From Eledone cirrhosa (Eukaryota): 64,000 nt of DNA. The DNA is taken from positions 4,712,001 to 4,776,000 of the forward strand of contig OZ024754.1 of assembly GCA_964016885.1 (NCBI GenBank). Reading direction: 5' to 3'. The notes below the pieces were generated by a model that saw only the letters and a list, made by a program, of their open reading frames with translations, was not told where the DNA came from and searched no databases. Position numbers and translations under genes: made by a program. This document shows, in pieces, positions 55,430-64,000 of the stretch (positions within the stretch are counted from its first letter, which is position 1; every line of letters begins with the position of its first letter).

Positions 55430-55672
55430 GCCTGTAGGTTGAGGAAAAAGAGGAGAGGAAAGGAGTACAAACTCTTCGTACTCCTGGAGATGAGGGTTGC
55501 ACTTTTTGTCGGGGGTATGTGTTATCCATATATAATGTCTCCCCCTATTGGGGAAAATCGACTAATTTTTAAATTGCATTTGTGATAATATTTTACACGT
55601 TTTTATTGTATGTAAACTTCCCCCTTTGTATTTGTCTCCTTCTTTTGTGCCCCTGTGGCTAATAAAGCAACA
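55430..55672 (+). mobile_element. Probable LINE 3' UTR ending in AATAAA, inserted in (TATC)n
   Basis: T-rich 3' segment, then CCCCTGTGGCTAATAAAG, flanked by TATC repeats. No coding evidence. Confidence 0.35.
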
Positions 55673-55833
55673 TATCTATCTATCTATCTCTATGTCTATC
55701 TAACTATCTATCTCCATACATACTTAGACAAAGAGGCAGGAAGATGTGTAAGTAGATAGATAGACAAACAGATTGTTAGATGTGTAAGTAGATAGATAGA
55801 TAGACAAACAGATTGTTAGATGTGTAAGTATAG

Positions 55834-55867
<34 letters not shown>

Positions 55868-55998
55868 GTAGATAGGTAGATAGGTAGATAGGTAGATAGA
55901 GAGATAGATAGATAGATAAAAAGCCTAACAGAGAGAGAGATGTATAGATTGATAGATAGCTAAAAAGTCTGACAGACAGAGAGATGTAAGTATGTATG

Positions 55999-56037
<39 letters not shown>

Positions 56038-56506
56038 GCAGTGGAATAAATAGATTGATGAATACATGTGTAAAAGGCTAAACGGTGATATACGGTAATT
56101 GTAGTGATGGTTAAGATGGTGTCTATGATCTTATATCAGGGGACATGGGGAGACATCTGAGATGAATTCTATCTCTGAAATACAACAGCTATGTTGTCAT
56201 CGATGGATTTCTTTTGACCTACGGCGGAAGAAATTGATGTTGAGGTCAAGACTTTTGCCAAGCATCTGACTGACCGTACACCACTGTCACAGGTCAGAGC
56301 TTCAGACAACCCTACACTCTTTCTATTTAGTATTCGATCTCATATTTCCTCCTGAGCAGTTGTGCTGTCACCAGCGGACGTTCCACCCTGACCTTACACT
56401 GATAAATATGATGTGAAGGTCACTGCCTGTGGTTGAGGGTTGAATATCTTAGACAACCTTAGTCACAGATCACTGCCTTAATCTGTATCATATATATATA
56501 TTATGT

Positions 56507-56550
<44 letters not shown>

Positions 56551-56564
56551 TTGTGTATGAGAGA

Positions 56565-56629
<65 letters not shown>

Positions 56630-56802
56630 CGTGAGTGCGTATATATATATATACGCGTGTGTGTATGTATATATATATATATTTGTATATATATATATAT
56701 ACATATCTATATACATATATGTATATTTGTATATATGTATATATATATGTATATATATATGTGTGTATATATATATATGTACATATACACATATATACAT
56801 TC

Positions 56803-56833
<31 letters not shown>

Positions 56834-56902
56834 CACACACACAGACACCCAAATACACCCACCAACCCACACACACAATATACTAATCGTATTCTCTGAT
56901 TG

Positions 56903-56968
<66 letters not shown>

Positions 56969-57305
56969 CCTCTTAAATCTGTTCGTTTACATTCTCATTC
57001 TTATTCTTATTCGTATATTCGACGGTCGACAAGAATTATTTTCCGAAAACAAACCATTTCTATAGAGTTGAGACATTTTCAAGGAGATGAATGGGAATGT
57101 TTATGATATATGATCACCATTTACATAAATCAGAGCTAATATATATACAGGGGAAGTGAGCTGGAGGAATTCCTTAGATTTATTTAGTTATTTACGTATT
57201 TATCTATTAACTTGTTATCCTAGACATAACACAGTTCAGTTTTCTTTTCTTCGTTGGCAGAAGACCTCAAACGTCTTTGGGATCTTGAACAGTCAAATCG
57301 ATTGG

Positions 57306-57353
<48 letters not shown>

Positions 57354-57428
57354 GCGTGTGTTAGTATATATATATGAAATGTGTGTGTGTATATATATAT
57401 AGTGTGTGTGTGTATATATATATATATA

Positions 57429-57463
<35 letters not shown>

Positions 57464-57466
<3 letters not shown>

Positions 57467-57573
57467 CGAAGGAAATGTGGTAAGGAACCAGGTGGACCAT
57501 AACGCACCAAAGTACTCAATACAGAATTAGCCGTCGAAACGGCTTGAGCTCAGCCGTCGGGGTCTTACTGGTT

Positions 57574-57609
<36 letters not shown>

Positions 57610-57816
57610 GTGTGTGTATATATAGGAAAATGTTTAACCCGGACGGCTGAGCTCAAGCCGTTTCGGCGGCTATTTCAGGAGTCCAAAAATTGTCGTCAAA
57701 ACGGCTTGAGCTCGGCCGTCGGGGTTAAACATTTTCCTATTAACCACTCTACTACCATAAGTATTGAGTACTCTGGTGCGTTATGGTCCACCTGATTCCT
57801 TACCACACCTCCTTCG

Positions 57817-57819
<3 letters not shown>
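57464..57819. mobile_element. Two family A elements (57464-57557 rearranged; 57623-57819 fold-back)
   Basis: Family core and tail, flanked by (TA)n. Confidence 0.75.
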
Positions 57820-57883
<64 letters not shown>

Positions 57884-58075
57884 TACATACTATACATCTC
57901 ATTCTACATTCACTTACATCTCTCTCTTCACCACCGGATCTTGTTACTCGGAGAATTACCCATCTGCATTGTTGAGGCTTCCAAAACGTCCAAAAGAAAA
58001 GGTAACTTATTATTCCACAAAGCTTCAAGCAAACTTCAATACACTCATATATTTGTATATATGTATATATATATA

Positions 58076-58122
<47 letters not shown>

Positions 58123-58129
<7 letters not shown>

Positions 58130-58574
58130 GTTTGTATATGTATAATAAAGCCAAAACAATGCAGGTATGGACATAAAATAAAGAATGCAAATACAAAAGA
58201 TATTGTTGACAATTTGTCTTTTATCTTAGATTTATTTAAATGTCCTAAATTTTCGAGATAATATCTCTTCTTCAGAGGGAATAAAGTTGTCAAACAAGTG
58301 TTCTAAAAAGCTTTCTAAGTCATGCTGACAGGAAATGGAATAGAACAGATACTCTATACCATTTCCTGTCAGCATGACTTGGAAAGCTTTTTAGAACACT
58401 GGTTTGACAACTTTATTCCCTCTGAAGAAGAGATAATATCTCAAAAATTTCGGACATTTAAATAAATCTAAGGTAAAAGACAAATTGTCAACAATATCTT
58501 TTGCATTTGCATTCTTTATTCTATGTCCATACCTGCATTGTTTTGGCTTTATTATACATATACAAACGTTTATA
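58123..58574. repeat. Inverted repeat with ~215-bp arms and a minimal HHR-like motif
   Basis: Arms are ~58123-58338 and 58359-58574. Minus 58241-58280 reads TCCCT-CTGAAGA-A-GAGAT-ATT-ATCTC-GAAA-ATTTA-GGA. Confidence 0.9.
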
Positions 58575-58622
58575 CCTCATTACACAATGATTCAAGTGAA
58601 CTATAACCTCCTCCTATATATG

Positions 58623-58688
<66 letters not shown>

Positions 58689-58898
58689 GTGTGTATATAT
58701 ATTTGCATACACGCGTGTGTGTGTATACACACGTGAACCTAATAGTAAAATACTGTATAATTGATCGCAATGTTTGTCGTATTCGATCTTCAACTATATA
58801 TCTATATACAATATACACACATAAACACACATGCACACTCACAGTGAGAGAGAGAGAAGCACATACACACACTGACAGAAAGAGAGAAGCACACACAC

Positions 58899-58948
<50 letters not shown>

Positions 58949-59007
58949 TGCCAACACTGGATTGAACCATCAGCACAGGTTAGGTATGTCATACATCAAT
59001 TTATGTA

Positions 59008-59069
59008 TTTTATCTGATGAGGACGTACTGAAAAAACAGCACAGTACGTCCGAAATATATATAATAAAA
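59008..59069 (+). ncRNA. Type I hammerhead, family C, best-formed copy
   Basis: TTTTAT-CTGATGA-GGACGTACTG-AAAAAACAGCA-CAGTACGTCC-GAAA-TATATA-TA-ATAAAA, with a 10-bp perfect helix II and an AUA triplet. Confidence 0.88.
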
Positions 59070-59115
59070 CATTTATTTTGATTATGTGAATGTATCCATT
59101 TAGTAATATTTTGAA

Positions 59116-59167
<52 letters not shown>

Positions 59168-59367
59168 AGAAAAACCACAGACTCTCCATCTCAACTCACC
59201 TTTTGAAAAGCAGAAGAACTGCGAAACCGGTAAAGGAACCAAATAAATATATATATTTTTAAAAAAAATAAGACTCCAGTTGCATTTTCGATTTCATCTC
59301 TTTTTCTTTATACTTTCACTCTTGTAGGACACCTCGGTTATTTTTCATTTTGTAAAAAAAACCTCAC

Positions 59368-59444
<77 letters not shown>

Positions 59445-59659
59445 GAGAGAGAGAGTGAGAGAGAGAGAGAAAATCTCACCAGTAAATCCATCGGTATGTC
59501 ACATGCAACTCTTAACTCTAGCGACCATGCTACCTTGACTTTATTACTGATTACCTGCTGTCGCCATCATCGGTGGAGTTGAAAGTCTTTTGTAGTTTTT
59601 GTTGTTGTCATTGTTGTGTTTCTGTTGGATTTAACACCTACACAACTGGAGAACAACAA

Positions 59660-59681
59660 ACATACATAGATACATACATGC

Positions 59682-59722
<41 letters not shown>

Positions 59723-59796
59723 TACATATATATATACATATATATATGTATGTATATATATGTATATATATGTATATATATATATACATATACATA

Positions 59797-59888
<92 letters not shown>

Positions 59889-59948
59889 CATACATATATA
59901 TATATACACATATACATATATATATACATACATATATATATATACACA

Positions 59949-60002
<54 letters not shown>

Positions 60003-60043
60003 CATATATATACATATATATACATACATATATATATACATAC

Positions 60044-60093
<50 letters not shown>

Positions 60094-60211
60094 TCATATA
60101 TAGAAAAATATATATACATAGATATATATATATATACATACATATATATATATACATACATATATATATATATACATATATATATATACATACATATATA
60201 TATATACATAC

Positions 60212-60258
<47 letters not shown>

Positions 60259-60338
60259 CATACATATATATATATATACATATATACATACATATATATA
60301 TATATATATACATACATACATATATATATATATATACC

Positions 60339-60379
<41 letters not shown>

Positions 60380-60395
60380 ACATACATATATATAT

Positions 60396-60426
<31 letters not shown>

Positions 60427-60496
60427 CATATATACATACATATATATATATACATATATATATATACATATATACATACATATATATATATACATA

Positions 60497-60570
<74 letters not shown>

Positions 60571-60750
60571 CATACATATATATATACATACATACATATA
60601 TATATACATACATATATATATACATACATATATATATATATATATACATACATATATATATATATACATACATATATATATATACATACATATATATATA
60701 TACATATATATATATACATACATATATATATATACATATATATATATACA

Positions 60751-60836
<86 letters not shown>

Positions 60837-61449
60837 CATACATATATATACATATATATATATACATACATATATATATATACATATATATACATATATA
60901 TATATATGTATATATGCATATATATATATGTGTCCATATATATATTATACATATTATACATATATATATATGCATATATATATATATATGCGTGTCCATA
61001 TATATATTATATGTATATATGCATATATATATATGTGTGTTCATATATATATTATATATATATATACATTTATATGTATATATGCTTATATATATATGTG
61101 TGTCCATACATATATATTATATAGATATATGATATATATATGGACACATATATATATATATATAATATATATGCATACATACGCACATGCATATGCGTGT
61201 ATGTATGATCTATGGGTTTGTGTGTGTGGGTGTTATTTTAGGATAGCTGCTTAAATTTATGAGTTTAAATTTGTGTGTGCTTGTTTCTCTTTACATATAT
61301 ACATACATATATACATACACATATACACACACCGATATATATATATACATACATATGTATATATATTTATATATATATATATATGTATATATATCTATGT
61401 ATATATATTTATATATATATATTTATATATACATACACATATATGCATA

Positions 61450-61501
<52 letters not shown>

Positions 61502-61657
61502 TACATATATACGCATATATATATATACACATGCATATATACGCATATATATATATATATATATATACACATACATATATACGCATATATATATATATAC
61601 ACACATACATACACACATACATATATACGCATATATATATACACTCATACATATAAA

Positions 61658-61702
<45 letters not shown>

Positions 61703-61715
61703 GAGCACACACACG
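59660..61715. repeat. ~2 kb TA/TACA microsatellite field
   Basis: Read directly. Confidence 0.95.
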
Positions 61716-62299
61716 TAACATACTGGAGTCTGTACAGCGATACAATCTGATAGTGAACCAAAGATGGCGCCAGAAGTTCATTTAAAAGATTTCTCAAGAT
61801 GACGGAATTAAAATGTAATCCTATTGCCAGGAACTGTAGAGTGAGGTGGGAGGGGGGTGATATAGAGGGTGGTGGTGGTGGTGTGTGGGGAGGTGTAAGG
61901 TGATGGTAATATAGAGGGTGTTTGGGGTGTGGTGTGAGTGGAGGTGTAAGGCGAGGGGGAGGAGGTTAAGGAGGTATTGGTGAGTGACTTGCTATGGTAA
62001 TACGGAGGGTGGTGGAGGGTTGGTGTGAGGTATAGTATAAGGTGAGGAGGAGGGGTGGGGGGGTTAAGGTGGAGGTATTGGTGAGCATGAGAGGAACTGT
62101 GTGTGTGGGGGGTGGGATGTTAATATAGAAGGTGTGATGTGGTGTGAGGTATGGTGTGAGGTATGGTGTAATGTAAGGTTAGGAGGACGGGGGAGGCATG
62201 AGGGTAGCAGGTATGGTCGACTGAGAGGGGCATCTGAGGAGGTATAGAGGAGTGTGGTGGGGTTAGAGCTGTGTGGGGGATGGGGTTGGGGGGTGAAAT

Positions 62300-62935
62300 G
62301 TATGGGGGAGTGTGGTTGGGTGAGAGGTATGAAGGTGTGGTTGGGTGAGAGGTATGAAGGTGTGAGAGGTATGGGAGAGTGTGAGAGGTATGGGGGAGTG
62401 TGGTTGGGTGAGAGGTATGAAGGTGTGAGTGGGTGAGAGGTGTGAGTAGGTGAGAGGTATGGGGGTGTGTGGTTGGGTGAGAGGTATGGGGGGTGTGGTT
62501 GGGTGAGAGGTATGGGGGTGTGTGGTTGGGTGAGAGGTATGGAGGGGTGAGTGGGTGAGAGGTATGAAGGTGTAGTTGGGTGAGAGGTGTGAGTAGGTGA
62601 GAGGTATGGGGGTGTGTGGTTGGGTGAGAGGTATGGGGGGGTGTGGTTGGGTGAGAGGTATGGGGGGGTGTGGTTGGGTGAGAGGTATGGGGGTGTGTGG
62701 TTGGGTGAGAGGTATGGGGGAGTGTGGTTGGGTGAGAGGTATGGAGGGGTGAGTGGGTGAGAGGTATGGAGGGGTGAGAGGTATGGGAAGGTGTGAGTGG
62801 GTGAGGTATGGGAGAGTGTGGTTGGGTGAGAGGTATGAAGGTGTGGTTGGGTGAGAGGTATGAAGGTGTGAGTGGGTGAGAGGTATGGAGGTGAGAGGTA
62901 TGGAGGTGTGAGTGGGTGAGAGGTATGGAGATGTG
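62300..62935. repeat. G-rich minisatellite GTGTGGTTGGGTGAGAGGTATG
   Basis: Read directly. Confidence 0.93.
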
Positions 62936-63263
62936 AGACGGTTTAAACTAATCAGTGGATGTTACTGAGTTGTTTAAAAAAAAAGATAAATTTAAGAGAT
63001 AGAGGGAGGGATGGGTAGAAGGTTGGATAGAGGGATTGGGGTGGTGGATGGGTGGTTGGTTGGCTGGACGAATGGGTGGTTGGATGGTTGAATGGATAAC
63101 TGGTAGGATGGATGGACAATTACAATTGTTTCGATATCGATTAGTGCAGGGTACGATCAAAATGACGGGGCTCGACTCTTTTTCGACATCTTATCAGGTA
63201 TGCGAGTTTATATTTGTAACGATAAACTTAACACACACACACACACACACATACACACACACA

Positions 63264-63298
<35 letters not shown>

Positions 63299-63879
63299 AT
63301 TTATCTTTGTATTACCGCTACTTTCGGTTGTTTTTTCTTGGTGTCACTTTTGTGTTTACTCTGGACGATAATGTATTAACTTCTCGCTCCATTTAGTTCT
63401 TTGGATTGCCTCAAACAGTTCGATTAGTACCTGCTATATTGCGGCTACAACTTCGATTCATACCTAATATTGTATATATATATATATATTCGCACTTCCA
63501 CTCACTCACTCTCTGCTTCTCCCCTTCTCACTTCCTCCCGTTTGGTCGGTAGTGGGTTCTCTTCTTGCTCACATCTCACTCACGTCGGACGGTCTGTATT
63601 TCCCCCGCTCATAAAATCCACACAGCTTAAGCTGACCGGATCCCCATGCGCTTGTTTTTTCCTATCTTTGCGTTGCTATCCTTCCTTGTTGTTTACTATC
63701 TCGCTCGCTTTACGCGATTTACTTGTCCCAATAGCTTTATTTAGCTATTGCTCGCACCAACCGGAGATATATGATTTTGAAAGCGATAAAATACCAATGA
63801 AGGTTGGAAAATCACTGACGAAGGACTATTTTTATCATATGTAACCTATGTGCAACCACGCAGTATTCTTTCTTCTCAT

Positions 63880-63927
<48 letters not shown>

Positions 63928-64000
63928 CAGGTAGTTCAAGATAAACAAGAGTAACATAGGGATACAATATCTTATTATATTATATTAAGTGACCATGTAT

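Noticed and set aside
56160-56480. Unique-looking, more GC-balanced segment
   Set aside because: Stops in the frames examined and no recognisable motif.
63814-63880. CTGACGA in the 51518/63640 repeat
   Set aside because: No helix II or downstream GAAA could be built.

Overview
Animal genomic DNA that is extremely rich in microsatellites and has no recognisable host protein-coding gene. The SINE families and the (TA)n/(CA)n/(ACC)n load suggest a coleoid cephalopod such as Octopus, but this is an inference. Almost every ORF in the supplied track is a translation artefact of simple repeats. The main signal is a dense population of short, often palindromic elements sitting between (TA)n tracts. 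They carry type I hammerhead ribozyme (HHR) folds (CUGANGA...GAAA...NUH) from at least 6-7 unrelated sequence families, with about 15 intact cores plus degenerate and half copies. One family can be traced to a Penelope-like element (PLE) 3' end at 10843-11868, which has the peptide LLNKKDELLTACKH followed by a UTR and a decayed HHR. Most other copies of that family are fold-backs centred on ribozyme helix II, and all lack the CUGANGA strand. The window also contains decayed RTE-clade and CRE-like LINE fragments, several tRNA-derived SINE families, a hAT-like MITE, a tRNA-like Pol III unit, many minisatellites, a 200-N gap, and a near-identical duplication of ~15-3367 at ~19147-20868. All structures were folded by eye. 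Element boundaries are approximate, and nothing was searched or tested.
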